From assembly GCA_041656495.1 (NCBI GenBank), contig JBBADJ010000001.1, positions 79,382-143,381 on the forward strand: a DNA stretch of 64,000 nt, in the 5' to 3' direction. Under the pieces are notes generated by a model. The model was not told the DNA's origin. It made no database searches and saw nothing but the letters and a program-made list of their open reading frames with translations. This document shows positions 19,838-30,704 of the stretch, piece after piece (position 1 is the first letter of the stretch; each line of letters starts with the position of its first letter). The stretch comes from Candidatus Ratteibacteria bacterium (GTDB lineage Bacteria; Ratteibacteria; UBA8468; B48-G9; DTJG01). The translations under genes and the position numbers were made by a program.

Positions 19838-21343
19838 ATGAAACAGTGGTATCTTCGGTATTGGAAAAGAATTCTTGCCGGAGCAGTAGCCTGTCTTATT
19901 ATCTTTGGTATTGCCTATTTCCCACGCTCACATACCAAAGTATCCGGAGCCTATGCCCCTCTAAAAATAGTAGATACATCAGGAGCCTTAGGAACACAGA
20001 ATGCTTTTGTTCAAGTTGTTAAATTAGCCAAACCCTCGGTGGTTCAGATTACCACAGAAAAAACAATCACCTACCGCTACTGGAACCCGTTTGGCGACCT
20101 TGAGGATATGTTCAGAAATCCTTTTGAGGACTTTATGAACCCTAGACAACGACAGCCACGCCAAAGACCGAAAACCTTTGAAAAAAAGCAGGAAGGGCTC
20201 GGATCAGGATTTATCGTGGATGAAAATGGCTATATCTTAACCAACAACCATGTGATTGAAGGAGTTGATAAGATCCTTGTAAAATTCTTTGACGATGAAA
20301 AAAAATATGTTGCAAAAGTAATCGGAACCGATCCAAAAACTGATCTCGCTCTTATAAAAATAGAGACAGGAAAAGCATTAACCGCCATCCCTTTAGCAAA
20401 TTCCGACACTATTGATGTGGGAGAATGGGCAATCGCTATCGGAAACCCCATGGGACTTGAAGAAACAGTAACTGTCGGTATTGTAAGCGCAAAAGGCCGC
20501 AGTGGATTCGGTATTACCCAGTACGAAGATTTTATACAGACCGACGCCGCTATCAATCCGGGAAATTCCGGTGGACCTCTTCTAAACATCCGAGGCGAAG
20601 TAATTGGAATCAATACCTTTATTCTCGCGCCTTATACAGCGCAGAATATCGGCTTTGCGATTCCTGTTAATCTGGCAAAAAAAATCTTCAGCGAATTAAA
20701 AACCCATGGAAAAGTTACCCGAGGGTTCTTAGGGGTCTCTCTTCGTCCGCTTACTCCTGAACTCGCCCAATCTTTCGGTCTTTCCAACCAGGAAGGAGCC
20801 CTTGTACGAGAAGTCATTCCTAATACACCCGCGGAAAAAGCCGGTATTCGGGAAGGAGATATTATCCTTACGTTAAACAATAGTCCGGTAAAGAATGAAA
20901 CATCCCTTACTCTTATGGTTGCCGATACAAAAGTAGGAGAAACAGTAACCCTTACAATATGGCGAAACAAGAAGAAAAGTACACTCTCCCTAAAACTCAT
21001 TGAACGACCCGCAGATGAAGAGTTAGCTTCAACGCAAGGAGAAAAAAGGAAAGGATGGCGTGGAATTTCTGTATCAAACATTACTCCGGAAATACGCGAA
21101 CGACTCGGCATTACAGGAACAGTCAAAGGTGCATTCATTGCCGCTATTGAAGAAGGTTCTCTTGCAGAAGAGGCAAACCTTAAACCCGGTATGATCATCT
21201 TAAAGCTAAACGATACCCTTATCTCCAACGCAAAAGAGTTCAGCGATGCGACCCTTACAATAGAGGAGAAAGCAAGTGTCAGGCTCTGGGTACAGATCGC
21301 ACCATCAGGACTTAAGGACTGGTTCATTCTCAAAGGAAAATAA
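19838..21343 (+). CDS. htrA: Periplasmic serine endoprotease DegP/HtrA with two PDZ domains
   Basis: Signal/TM segment; catalytic triad context with His (TNNHV), Asp (DLALIKI) and Ser (GNSGGPL); two PDZ-like regions. Confidence 0.9.
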   Translation: MKQWYLRYWKRILAGAVACLIIFGIAYFPRSHTKVSGAYAPLKIVDTSGALGTQNAFVQVVKLAKPSVVQITTEKTITYRYWNPFGDLEDMFRNPFEDFMNPRQRQPRQRPKTFEKKQEGLGSGFIVDENGYILTNNHVIEGVDKILVKFFDDEKKYVAKVIGTDPKTDLALIKIETGKALTAIPLANSDTIDVGEWAIAIGNPMGLEETVTVGIVSAKGRSGFGITQYEDFIQTDAAINPGNSGGPLLNIRGEVIGINTFILAPYTAQNIGFAIPVNLAKKIFSELKTHGKVTRGFLGVSLRPLTPELAQSFGLSNQEGALVREVIPNTPAEKAGIREGDIILTLNNSPVKNETSLTLMVADTKVGETVTLTIWRNKKKSTLSLKLIERPADEELASTQGEKRKGWRGISVSNITPEIRERLGITGTVKGAFIAAIEEGSLAEEANLKPGMIILKLNDTLISNAKEFSDATLTIEEKASVRLWVQIAPSGLKDWFILKGK

Positions 21344-21770
21344 TCGGGCAAAACGCTATGCGTTGAAACGCCTCGGAGAGAGAGATTACTCTACCGAAGG
21401 ACTACGGAAAACCTTAAACAAAAAAGAATTTACAGAGAAAGAGATCCGCGCCGCGATACTCTATTGCAAAAAAATGGGGTTGCTTCATGATTCCCTCCTT
21501 GCGCAAAAGATTCTTCAAAAGGTTGCGGAATCAAGGAAAGGAGCTCTTTATGCGCGGTGGGCTCTGGAAAAAAAGGGGATTCCTCCGCATATTGCCTCTT
21601 CTGCCCTGAAGAAATATTATCCAAAAGGAAAAGAGCTAAAGACAGGTCGCGCACTGATTGGTCATACCAAAAAGAGCGAACGAAAAAGAGTAAGATCTCT
21701 CCTTCAACGAAAGGGATTTAGCGAATCAGCCATTGAACAACTGGAGGTTGAATTTGAACGCGATGAGTAG
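21276..21770 (+). CDS. recX: RecA regulator RecX (start uncertain; probably a non-ATG start after the htrA stop at about 21345-21365)
   Basis: Three-helix-repeat RecX-like sequence (ALKRLGERDYSTEGLRKTL ... ALYARWALEKKGI). The 5' part of the ORF overlaps htrA and is probably not translated. Confidence 0.65.
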   Translation: MSGSGYRSHHQDLRTGSFSKENNRAKRYALKRLGERDYSTEGLRKTLNKKEFTEKEIRAAILYCKKMGLLHDSLLAQKILQKVAESRKGALYARWALEKKGIPPHIASSALKKYYPKGKELKTGRALIGHTKKSERKRVRSLLQRKGFSESAIEQLEVEFERDE

Positions 21771-24390
21771 CAATGAAATTCGGGCCGTCTTTATTGATTT
21801 CTTCAAAGAACGCGGTCATACATTAGTTCCCAGCAGTCCTTTAATACCTTTTGACGATCCCACGCTTCTCTTTACCAGCGCGGGAATGGTTCAGTTCAAA
21901 AAATATTGGGCAACCTCCAATCCTCCTCCCTATACACGCGCGGTTACCTGTCAAAAAAGCATGCGGGCCGGCGGAAAAGATAGCGATATAGAACTTATCG
22001 GAACTACCGGAAGACATCACACTTTTTTTGAAATGCTCGGAAACTTCTCCTTTGGAGATTACTTTAAGAAAGAAGCCATTGCCTGGGCATGGGAATTTTC
22101 CTGTTCCATTCTCAAACTTAATCCTGATCTTCTCTCGGTTTCCTACTATCGTGAAGATTTAGAAACCAAAGAATACTGGAGAACCTTCCTTCCGGAAGAG
22201 AAGATTATACCATTAGGAAAAAAAGATAACTTCTGGGGACCTGCGGGAGAAACAGGAGCCTGCGGTCCCTGTACCGAACTATACTATGATTTCGGATTAG
22301 AAAAAGGATGTGGGTCACCCACATGTGGACCAGGATGCGATTGCGATCGTTTTTTGGAGTTTTGGAATCTTGTTTTTCCTCACTATGACCGCCAATTGGA
22401 CGGAAGCCTTAAACCTCTCGCAAAACCAGGCGTAGATACGGGAATGGGACTTGAACGGATAAGCCGTATCCTACAAGAAACCCCTTCAAACTATGAAACA
22501 GACCTTTTTCTTCCTCTTATACAGGAAATCGCCTCCCTTTCACAGACTTCCTATCAAGATAAGAACATTCCCTCTTTCCGTATCATCGCAGACCATGCTC
22601 GGGCGGCCCTATTCGCTATTAGCGATGGGGTGATTCCTCACAACGAAGGAAGAGGATATGTTCTTCGCAGAATTATTAGAAGAGGCGCTCTCCATGGCAA
22701 CAAACTCGGTATCAATGAACCCTTTCTTTTCCGTCTTACCGAGAAGATCGTCCATTCACTCGGCGAAATCTATCCTGAACTTAAAAAAAATCAACGGTAT
22801 ATAGAAGAAACAGTAAAAGAAGAAGAAGAAAAGTTTTCTAGACTTCTGTCATCTGCGAAAAAAATCTTTTCTCAGACAAAACTTCCCGCCAAAGGAGAGA
22901 AGATTTCCGGTGAAACGCTTTTTCTCTGGTATGATACTTATGGTATTCCTAAAGATCTTCTACAGGAACTTGCTGAAGAGAAAGGAATCATTCCTGATTG
23001 GGAGGCATTTGATACATTTCTCGCGATCCAAAGAAAAAGCGGAAGGGCACGTTCCACATTCAATGAAACAGAAGAAATTCGCTTTGAATCCAAACTTCAA
23101 GAAAGCATCTTTACCGGATACCATTCTCTTACCGGAACATCCACTCTTCTCGGGCTCTATTACCTTCCCCGAAAGAAAGAATGGGAGATGGCATTAGATA
23201 GAACGCCATTCTACCCTGAAAAAGGCGGGCAGGTAGGAGACAAGGGAAGTATCTCTGGAAAATCCTGGACTTTTATTGTTACCCATACCCATTCCAATGA
23301 ACATGGCGTGATTCTTCATACTGGATATTTTTCACAAGGAAACGAAAAGATGGCACAGAAAGAAGAATCCGTAAATACCATAGTGGATGAAGAATTTAGA
23401 CGTGCGGTCTCTGTAAACCATACCGCAACCCACCTTCTTCATTATAGCCTTAGACAAATTCTTGGAAAAGAAGTGCGCCAGGCAGGATCATGGGTAGGAG
23501 GAGACCGATTCAGGTTTGATTTTTTCTTTCCTCACTCTGTAAGCCATGAAAAGATAGAACGTATTGAAGAATATGCCAACCAACTTATTATTGAGAATAT
23601 TCCTGTCTCTATTGAAGAGAGCAGTTATGATGCGGCTGTTAAGAAAGGAGCCATAGCGCTCTTTCATGAAAAATACGGCGAAAAAGTCCGTACAATCTCT
23701 TTAAACGGACTTCATACAGAACTCTGCGCCGGAACCCATATATCGTCACTCAACGAAATCATCCTTCTCATTATTCTGTCGTGCAAAAATATCGGAGAGA
23801 ACCTGCGAAGAATAGAGGCAATAACACGGAAAGAAGCCTGGTCTCATACAAAAAAAGAGAGAAAAACCCTAACCTCTCTCGCGGAACTTCTGCAAACATC
23901 CAAAGAAGATCTTCTTCCTCAACTTCAAAAAACACTCTCCAAACTCGCTGAAAAAGAACGTGCGGAAAAACTTTCTTCGGAAGAGACTGTCGTACTTCTA
24001 AGCAAAAAATTGGAAAGTTCAATAAAAACAGTACGCAATAATAAGGAAGTAATCTCTTTCATCGCGGAAACCACAAATGCGGCAACACCTGATGAAATGG
24101 GAAAGGTGGCAGATCTTTTGGTAAAAAAATATACTGGTTTCGCAGTGATTCTTAGCAAATCTACAAAAGAAAAAACACTCTTTCTCTGTAAAGTAAGCCC
24201 TGATATCGCACCGCGGCTTCCTGCGGTTCTACTTCTTACAACCCTCCTTAAAAAAGTTCAAGGCTCCGGAGGAGGCAAGGAAGAATTTGCACAAGGATCC
24301 TCTAAAAATAGCCAAGCATCCGATATTCTTTTTTCAGAAGTCTCTGCAGAAATATTAGCCATTATCCATCAGAGTCCCCATGCAAGATAA
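21763..24390 (+). CDS. alaS: Alanine--tRNA ligase
   Basis: MSSNEIRAVFIDFFKERGH N-terminus; class II core FTSAGMVQFK; editing domain HTATHLLH; C-terminal DHHA1 domain. Confidence 0.95.
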   Translation: MSSNEIRAVFIDFFKERGHTLVPSSPLIPFDDPTLLFTSAGMVQFKKYWATSNPPPYTRAVTCQKSMRAGGKDSDIELIGTTGRHHTFFEMLGNFSFGDYFKKEAIAWAWEFSCSILKLNPDLLSVSYYREDLETKEYWRTFLPEEKIIPLGKKDNFWGPAGETGACGPCTELYYDFGLEKGCGSPTCGPGCDCDRFLEFWNLVFPHYDRQLDGSLKPLAKPGVDTGMGLERISRILQETPSNYETDLFLPLIQEIASLSQTSYQDKNIPSFRIIADHARAALFAISDGVIPHNEGRGYVLRRIIRRGALHGNKLGINEPFLFRLTEKIVHSLGEIYPELKKNQRYIEETVKEEEEKFSRLLSSAKKIFSQTKLPAKGEKISGETLFLWYDTYGIPKDLLQELAEEKGIIPDWEAFDTFLAIQRKSGRARSTFNETEEIRFESKLQESIFTGYHSLTGTSTLLGLYYLPRKKEWEMALDRTPFYPEKGGQVGDKGSISGKSWTFIVTHTHSNEHGVILHTGYFSQGNEKMAQKEESVNTIVDEEFRRAVSVNHTATHLLHYSLRQILGKEVRQAGSWVGGDRFRFDFFFPHSVSHEKIERIEEYANQLIIENIPVSIEESSYDAAVKKGAIALFHEKYGEKVRTISLNGLHTELCAGTHISSLNEIILLIILSCKNIGENLRRIEAITRKEAWSHTKKERKTLTSLAELLQTSKEDLLPQLQKTLSKLAEKERAEKLSSEETVVLLSKKLESSIKTVRNNKEVISFIAETTNAATPDEMGKVADLLVKKYTGFAVILSKSTKEKTLFLCKVSPDIAPRLPAVLLLTTLLKKVQGSGGGKEEFAQGSSKNSQASDILFSEVSAEILAIIHQSPHAR

Positions 24391-25183
24391 TAAAAAAACT
24401 CTTACTCCTGTTCAGGTACGCCATTACATTCGCGCTCTCCGCAAGGGAACTCCCAAAGAAAAGAAGGCCGCAAAGGAAAAACTTGTAAAATACAATCAGA
24501 ATTTGGTCCACTTTATTGTTAAAAAATATGACTTTCTTCCAGGAATTACGCAAGATCTTGTTTCTGCGGGAAACATCGGACTCCTCCATGCCATTAACAA
24601 GTACGACCCTTCACGAAAAACAGCCTTTTCTACCTATGCCTATGAGTGGATCTCCCGAGATATACGGAGAGCCTTAAACAATGAATATCGTTTTTTTAAG
24701 ATTTCAGAGCAATTGGTCCAACTCACACAACGCCACCAAAAAGTTATCTCGCGTTTTTTTATGCAAAAAGGACGAAACCCAACCCAAGAAGAAATAGCGA
24801 AAGAACTTAATATCTCTTTAAAAAAAGTTCAATCTGTCCGCACTGTTTTAGAACTTGTCAGACTTCCTAATGAAAATCCCCATGAAGAGAACGCTCCCGA
24901 TAGATCTGATTCTGTGGCAGTCAAGAAAACAAGTGAAATTCAAGCTTTTCTTTATCGCGACTTTATTGAAAGACTCTTCGCCCGCATTCAACAACGGGAG
25001 AAGCGCGGCAATACCGAGGTATGGTTCAAGGTACTCAGACTCCATTTCGGTATTGAAGACGGAACCCCCTATTCATCCCTTGAAATAGCGAAAAAACTTG
25101 GTCTTTCCCGACAAAGAATCCATCAAATCATACAGAACAGTATACAAAAACTTCAGAACGAATATAAGGAGATAAAAAAATGA
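24380..25183 (+). CDS. RNA polymerase sigma factor, sigma-70 family (group 3-like, about 267 aa)
   Basis: Region 2 (FSTYAYEWISRDIRRAL) and region 4 HTH (EIAKKLGLSRQRIHQI); overlaps the alaS stop by 11 nt. Confidence 0.8.
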   Translation: MQDNKKTLTPVQVRHYIRALRKGTPKEKKAAKEKLVKYNQNLVHFIVKKYDFLPGITQDLVSAGNIGLLHAINKYDPSRKTAFSTYAYEWISRDIRRALNNEYRFFKISEQLVQLTQRHQKVISRFFMQKGRNPTQEEIAKELNISLKKVQSVRTVLELVRLPNENPHEENAPDRSDSVAVKKTSEIQAFLYRDFIERLFARIQQREKRGNTEVWFKVLRLHFGIEDGTPYSSLEIAKKLGLSRQRIHQIIQNSIQKLQNEYKEIKK

Positions 25184-25692
25184 AACCTCTTATTGATTTT
25201 ATTAGAACTATTCCTGATTTTCCAGAGAAAGGTATCTTATTTCAAGATATAACACCTCTTCTTAAGGATCCTGAAGCTTTTCAGGCCTGTCTCTCTGAAA
25301 TGGCCGCCTTTATTCCGCCAGAGGTAGAAAAAATTGTTGGAATAGAAGCAAGAGGCTTTATCTTTGGTGCGGGACTCGCCACCTATCTAAAGAAAGGCTT
25401 TATTCCCATGCGAAAAAAGGGAAAACTTCCCGCTGAAGTACGACAATTTACCTATGATCTTGAATATGGAACAGATACCATAGAAATACATGCGGATGCC
25501 CTTGCACCGGGAGAAAAAGTAGCGCTTATTGACGATGTGCTTGCCACTGGCGGAACAGCACAGGCGGCTTGTAGGTTGATTGAAGATTGCGGAGGAATCC
25601 TTTCTAAAGTAATCTTTCTTATGGAACTAAAAGATTTGAAGGGAAAAGAAAAACTTTCTCATTACGAGGTAGTAAGTCTGCTTACACTGTAA
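25180..25692 (+). CDS. apt: Adenine phosphoribosyltransferase
   Basis: PRPP-binding motif VALIDDVLATGGTA; 170 aa. Confidence 0.9.
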   Translation: MKPLIDFIRTIPDFPEKGILFQDITPLLKDPEAFQACLSEMAAFIPPEVEKIVGIEARGFIFGAGLATYLKKGFIPMRKKGKLPAEVRQFTYDLEYGTDTIEIHADALAPGEKVALIDDVLATGGTAQAACRLIEDCGGILSKVIFLMELKDLKGKEKLSHYEVVSLLTL

Positions 25693-25694
25693 CC

Positions 25695-26207
25695 ATGCGA
25701 TACCTTGCGAAAAATCTTCTACTATCTAAAATTCTTCTCATCGGACTATTCCTCTCTTCTCTCGCGGTATTCTCTTCTTCCGCTGAAACAAAACCATACC
25801 CTGTTATCCCATTTTCCCTATGGCCGCAAAAAACTATCAAGGGATTCCGGATACTTGTTGCGGATAGTCCGAAACTCTCATTTCAAGGGTTTGGCGGAGC
25901 CGCTAAAAAAGAGTTTCATAAAACTCTTATGATTTTTCCCGCTATCTCGGAGGGTACAACATTTGAAAATATCAACCATGGCTTTGGAACTGTTATAGAA
26001 GATCTTGATATTGCTTTTCTTGATCAACAGGGGAGGGTGCTGTGCATAGATCGGATGAAAAAAATCAGAGGTACAGCCACAGCACCATCTCAAACTGTAT
26101 GGGCAGTTGAATTTTCTCCTAAAACCACAAAACAATTAAAACCAAAAAGAGGAGAACTCTTTCCTTACTTCGCAGAAATTGTACTTTTTTTTCTTTCGTT
26201 ACAATAA
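25695..26207 (+). CDS. DUF192 (COG1430) family protein with an N-terminal signal/TM segment
   Basis: Hydrophobic N-terminus; LDIAFLDQQGRV-type DUF192 core. Confidence 0.5.
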   Translation: MRYLAKNLLLSKILLIGLFLSSLAVFSSSAETKPYPVIPFSLWPQKTIKGFRILVADSPKLSFQGFGGAAKKEFHKTLMIFPAISEGTTFENINHGFGTVIEDLDIAFLDQQGRVLCIDRMKKIRGTATAPSQTVWAVEFSPKTTKQLKPKRGELFPYFAEIVLFFLSLQ

Positions 26208-27215
26208 GGAACGCTCTATCATTGTTTCCGCGATCTGAACCGCATTCAATGCCGCACCTTTCCTGATATTATCCGCTACAACCCACATATCAAGCGCATC
26301 TGGAAAAGCACTGTTTCTCCGGATACGACCCACAAAAACTTCATTGCTCTGAGAGAGAGAAAGAGGCACTGGATAACCATCATGTTCGGGATCATCAATA
26401 AGACAGATACCCGGAGCAACAGAAAGAAGAGAACGCACCTCTTTTTCCTCAAAAGGATCTGCAAAACGCGCGGTAACCGCCTCTGAATGCCCGTTAAATA
26501 CCGGCACCCTTACACAGGTTGATGAGATATGTAATGTGGGATGATCTAAAATTTTTCTTGATTCCATCACCATCTTCACCTCTTCGGTGAAATATCCGGG
26601 AAAGGTAGAAGAGAGAGAGCCAATACGGGGAATAACATTTCCTGCAATAGAGTAGGGATAAACCTGCGGAGGAACCTCCTGTCCGGCAACATATCCACGG
26701 ATTTGGTTATCCAACTCCTCAACAGCCTGTCTGCCAGTCCCTGAAACCGCTTGAAATGTTGTAACTATTGCTTCCGTTAAACGGAACGCGCGATGCAACG
26801 GAGAAAGCGCAACCACTAATTGAATCGTAGAACAATTCGGGTTAGCAATAATACCGTGATGAGAATCAAGATGAGAAGGATTCACCTCAGGGACCACAAG
26901 AGGAATATCTGGATCCATCCGAAAATCACCGCCATTATCAATAACCATCACTCCCATTTCCGCGGCTTTCTTCGCAAAGAGCATGCTTGCGCCTTTTTCT
27001 CCTTCTGTACCTGCAAAAAAGGCTATATCCACTCCCTTAAAAGATTCAAGAGTAGTTTCTTCAACGGAAAAATCGCGTCCTGCAATAGATTCCATGCGAG
27101 AACGTGTCGCAAGAATCCGTAAAGAACGAAATGGAAATTTTCGTTCAAGTAAAATCTCTATCATTTGCTTTCCAACCATTCCCACGCCCACCACTACAAC
27201 ATTATAGTCTTTCAT
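26199..27215 (-). CDS. asd: Aspartate-semialdehyde dehydrogenase
   Basis: VVGVGMVGKQM NAD-binding motif and the active-site motif NPNCSTIQ. Start taken at the ATG at 27215 (MKDYNVVVVG). Confidence 0.9.
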   Translation of the reverse strand: MKDYNVVVVGVGMVGKQMIEILLERKFPFRSLRILATRSRMESIAGRDFSVEETTLESFKGVDIAFFAGTEGEKGASMLFAKKAAEMGVMVIDNGGDFRMDPDIPLVVPEVNPSHLDSHHGIIANPNCSTIQLVVALSPLHRAFRLTEAIVTTFQAVSGTGRQAVEELDNQIRGYVAGQEVPPQVYPYSIAGNVIPRIGSLSSTFPGYFTEEVKMVMESRKILDHPTLHISSTCVRVPVFNGHSEAVTARFADPFEEKEVRSLLSVAPGICLIDDPEHDGYPVPLSLSQSNEVFVGRIRRNSAFPDALDMWVVADNIRKGAALNAVQIAETMIERSLL

Positions 27216-27769
27216 ACAAAATCCTCTCTTGATAAAAATTGTACAATCCATGCGGCAAGCAAAGCTTTTCCTATATCAACGAAGAAGAATGGAAAAACTC
27301 CTATAAGAAGAGCGTGCCATAAAGAAATCTGCAGATACCATATAAGCCAGGCAATGGCGCAACCATACATCGCCATCATACCCAAAAGCATCTGTATCGC
27401 CTTTTCACGCATAGAAGAGGCAGGTTTACCGGCAATCCAAGCCATTGCAACAAATCCTATAAGATAGCCGAAAGTAATGCCAACACTAGAGAATCCTGAC
27501 GTAAACCAACCTATTCCTGCAAGTCCGAAAACCACATAGAGAAATTGACCCGCAGCTGCCCACGACCTTCCCAAAAATCCCGCAAAAACAAGGATCGCCA
27601 AGACCTGAGCAGTAACAGGAACAGGCGTAAAAGGAAGAGGAATCCTCACCTGAGCCGCAACTCCGGTAAGAAAGGAAGAAGCAAGGACTATTGGAATTTT
27701 TATTCCTACAGGCATTGTTTCAAATGGAACACAACCTTTGTACAAAGGTATCCTAATCTTTTCCATCAT
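27212..27769 (-). CDS. bioY: Biotin transporter BioY (ECF transporter S component)
   Basis: BioY signature PFTPVPVTAQVLAILVFAG; five or six TM segments. Confidence 0.8.
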   Translation of the reverse strand: MMEKIRIPLYKGCVPFETMPVGIKIPIVLASSFLTGVAAQVRIPLPFTPVPVTAQVLAILVFAGFLGRSWAAAGQFLYVVFGLAGIGWFTSGFSSVGITFGYLIGFVAMAWIAGKPASSMREKAIQMLLGMMAMYGCAIAWLIWYLQISLWHALLIGVFPFFFVDIGKALLAAWIVQFLSREDFV

Positions 27770-27825
27770 ATTTCTCACGCATCCTCCTCAGAGAATCCTC
27801 TTCCTTCCATGGTCTCTAAAAGCTC

Positions 27826-28902
27826 TTATCCCTGCGCAACAAAATCAGCGATAAGATCTCCCACTTCCGAAGTTCCCATCCCCATTCTACCTGCTTCAAG
27901 GCTCTTCACATACCCTTCACCCATTGCTTTGATAATGGCTTTTTCTATTAAAACAGCCGCATCTGTCTCTCCAAGAGTTTCAAGCATCATAGAAGCCGCA
28001 CCAATAGTTGCAACAGGACAAATTTTGTTCTGACCAGTATATTTTGGCGCGGAACCATGAATCGGTTCAAACATTGAAACTCCTTCAGGGTTAATGTTTC
28101 CTCCCGCCGCAATACCAAGACCGCCCTGAGTCATTGCCGCAAGATCTGTAATAATATCTCCGAACATATTGTTGGTTACAATCACATCAAACCATTCGGG
28201 ATTTTTTATCATCCACATACAGGTCGCATCCACAAAGGCATACTCAAGAGAAATTCCAGGATATTCGGAAAGAATGGAACGAGCCGTCCTTCTCCACAGA
28301 TCTCCGGCATAGGTTAAGACATTTGCCTTATCAACAATATGAAGGGTATTCTTCTTTTTTCTCTTCTGAACCATATCAAAGGCATATCGGATACATCGTT
28401 CAACGCCCTTGCGGGTATTTACATCCACTTGTGTGGCTATTTCGTCCGGAGTATCTTTTTTCACACATCCGCCGATACCAGAATAAGCGCCCTCGCTATT
28501 TTCTCGGACAACAAGATAATCAATCTCTTCAGGACCCTTATCTTTTACAGGAGTATAAACGCCCGGATAAAGTTTTACAGGTCTAAGATTGATATACTGA
28601 TCAAGAGAAAAACGGATCTTCAATAAAAGTTCTTTTTCAAGAATACCGGGAGCCACATCCGGATGTCCTACCGCACCAAGATAGATCGCATCAAGTTTTC
28701 GAAACTCATCAAGTGCAGAATCCGGCAAAACCTCTCCTGTTTTTAGATACCGTTCTCCGTTAAAATCATACGGCACAAGATTTAAAGAAAAACCTTTCTT
28801 TTCCGCGGCCGCAGTAAGAACTTTCACTCCTTCCCGTATGATTTCCGGACCCACGCCGTCTCCGGGAATAACACCTATCGTATATACCTTTCCTGTGTCC
28901 AT
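27826..28902 (-). CDS. leuB: 3-isopropylmalate dehydrogenase (tartrate/isopropylmalate dehydrogenase family)
   Basis: IGVIPGDGVGPEI; NMFGDIITDLAA; last gene of the leuA-C-D-B operon. Confidence 0.85.
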   Translation of the reverse strand: MDTGKVYTIGVIPGDGVGPEIIREGVKVLTAAAEKKGFSLNLVPYDFNGERYLKTGEVLPDSALDEFRKLDAIYLGAVGHPDVAPGILEKELLLKIRFSLDQYINLRPVKLYPGVYTPVKDKGPEEIDYLVVRENSEGAYSGIGGCVKKDTPDEIATQVDVNTRKGVERCIRYAFDMVQKRKKKNTLHIVDKANVLTYAGDLWRRTARSILSEYPGISLEYAFVDATCMWMIKNPEWFDVIVTNNMFGDIITDLAAMTQGGLGIAAGGNINPEGVSMFEPIHGSAPKYTGQNKICPVATIGAASMMLETLGETDAAVLIEKAIIKAMGEGYVKSLEAGRMGMGTSEVGDLIADFVAQG

Positions 28903-29366
28903 TTCATCAAACCTCCATATTCAATAAGTTCCCGGAGAAAATCCGGATATCGAGTGAATGTATACTCTTTATTCAAAGTAAGGTTACGGAGAATCCCAGT
29001 GGTCAGATCTATTTCAACAAGATCTTTTTCCCGTAACGCATCAACCTCTTCCAGTTCAACCAATGGCAGTCCGATATTAATTGAATTCCGTAGAAAAATC
29101 CTGGCGAAACTTTTTGCCACCACCACAGAAACTCCAAGTTCTCTTAATGCCACAGGCGCATGCTCTCTGCTAGAACCGCATCCGAAATTTTCTCCGGCAA
29201 CCACTATGTCGCCAGCAACAAATGCATCGGCAAATCCAGGACGAATCGTTTCCATACAATGGGCCGCAAGTTCTTTTCCATCAGTCGTATTCAAATACCT
29301 CGCGGCAATAATATCATCGGTATTAATATGATCACCAAACTTCCAGATTTTTCCCTTTACATTCAT
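28875..29366 (-). CDS. leuD: 3-isopropylmalate dehydratase small subunit (archaeal-type)
   Basis: GENFGCGSSREHA; 163 aa; 4-nt overlap with leuC. Confidence 0.85.
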   Translation of the reverse strand: MNVKGKIWKFGDHINTDDIIAARYLNTTDGKELAAHCMETIRPGFADAFVAGDIVVAGENFGCGSSREHAPVALRELGVSVVVAKSFARIFLRNSINIGLPLVELEEVDALREKDLVEIDLTTGILRNLTLNKEYTFTRYPDFLRELIEYGGLMKWTQERYIR

Positions 29367-30634
29367 TTCCCCACCTCTTCTGGATGAGCAATACTTCCTT
29401 TCACGGCAGATGCCGCCGCCACTTCAGGATTTGAAAGATAAACAAAACTCTCCGGTGAACCCATTCTTCCAATAAAATTTCTGTTTGTTGTCGCAAGCGC
29501 AGTCTCTCCTTTCCCAAGAATACCCATATGGCCGCCAAGACACGGACCACAGGTAGGAGTACTTACCACGCATCCCGCATCAATAAAGATATCCAACAAC
29601 CCCATTTCCAAAGATTGCCGATAAATCTTCTGCGTAGCGGGAATTACAATGGTACGAAGTTCTGGATGAACTTTTTTTCCTTTCATTACCATAGCGGCTT
29701 TTCTCAAATCGCTTAACCTTCCATTAGTACAGGAGCCAATCACCACTTGATCTATTTTCACCGAGGAAAACTCGCGTACATCTTTGGTATTGCTTGGAAG
29801 ATGGGGCGCCGCAACCTGGGGTCCTATCTTAGAAACATCAATATCAATAATCTGGTCATACTTACTTCCAGGATCGCTAAAAAGACCGGCGGGAATCTCG
29901 TTTCGTATATTAAGCTCTCCAGAAAAAAAGGCGCTGGTAATTTCATCGGGCGCAATAATACCATTTTTTGCTCCGGCCTCAATCGCCATATTGCACATCG
30001 TAAACCGATCGTCCATAGGAAGCGTAAGAATGGTTTCACCGGCAAATTCCATAGAACGGTATAAAGCACCGTCAACCCCTATTTTCCCTATTGTATAAAG
30101 AATAAGATCTTTACCGCCGGTCCATCTCTGAAGAGTTCCCCGATAATTAAAACGGATCGTGGAAGGAACCTTAAGCCAAACTTTTCCAGAAATCATCGCG
30201 GCGGCAACATCAGTGCTTCCCACTCCTGTAGAGAAGGCGGCAACCGCACCATAAGTACAGGTATGACTATCAGCTCCAATAATAAGAGCTCCCGGCAATG
30301 TAAGCCCTTCTTCGGGAAGAAGGGCGTGTTCAATACCAACTCTTCCCATTTCATAAAATCGTGTTCCATGTTTTTTAGAGAAGGTCCGAAGGGATTGAAC
30401 AAGTTCTGCGCTTCTAATATCTTTGCAGGGTGTAAAATGATCAGGAACAAGCACAATTTTCTCCGGATCAAATACCTTGGTCGCACCCGCTTTTTCAAAC
30501 TCTTCTATTGCAAGAGGGCCGGTAACATCGTTTGCCAACACTAAATCAAGATCCGCATAAAGAAATTCTCCCGGCACAACCTCTTTTTTATTCGCATGAG
30601 ATGCAAGAATCTTTTCAGTAATCGTCATACGCAT
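29363..30634 (-). CDS. leuC: 3-isopropylmalate dehydratase large subunit (archaeal-type, 423 aa)
   Basis: Aconitase-family cysteine ligand regions (GSCTNGR, PTCGPCLG). Confidence 0.9.
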   Translation of the reverse strand: MRMTITEKILASHANKKEVVPGEFLYADLDLVLANDVTGPLAIEEFEKAGATKVFDPEKIVLVPDHFTPCKDIRSAELVQSLRTFSKKHGTRFYEMGRVGIEHALLPEEGLTLPGALIIGADSHTCTYGAVAAFSTGVGSTDVAAAMISGKVWLKVPSTIRFNYRGTLQRWTGGKDLILYTIGKIGVDGALYRSMEFAGETILTLPMDDRFTMCNMAIEAGAKNGIIAPDEITSAFFSGELNIRNEIPAGLFSDPGSKYDQIIDIDVSKIGPQVAAPHLPSNTKDVREFSSVKIDQVVIGSCTNGRLSDLRKAAMVMKGKKVHPELRTIVIPATQKIYRQSLEMGLLDIFIDAGCVVSTPTCGPCLGGHMGILGKGETALATTNRNFIGRMGSPESFVYLSNPEVAAASAVKGSIAHPEEVGK

Positions 30635-30704
30635 ATCTCCCGCTTATCTTAAAAAGTTTTTCTGTATTTTCTTTGATCTCGCACAGAGTCATCTGCATCA
30701 AGAA

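Noticed and set aside
18557-21351. Long minus-strand ORFs (179, 127 and 239 aa) antisense to the Gfo/Idh/MocA and htrA genes
   Set aside because: The sense-strand genes have strong family signatures. The antisense translations are Arg/Ser/Phe-rich low-complexity and are not supported as coding.
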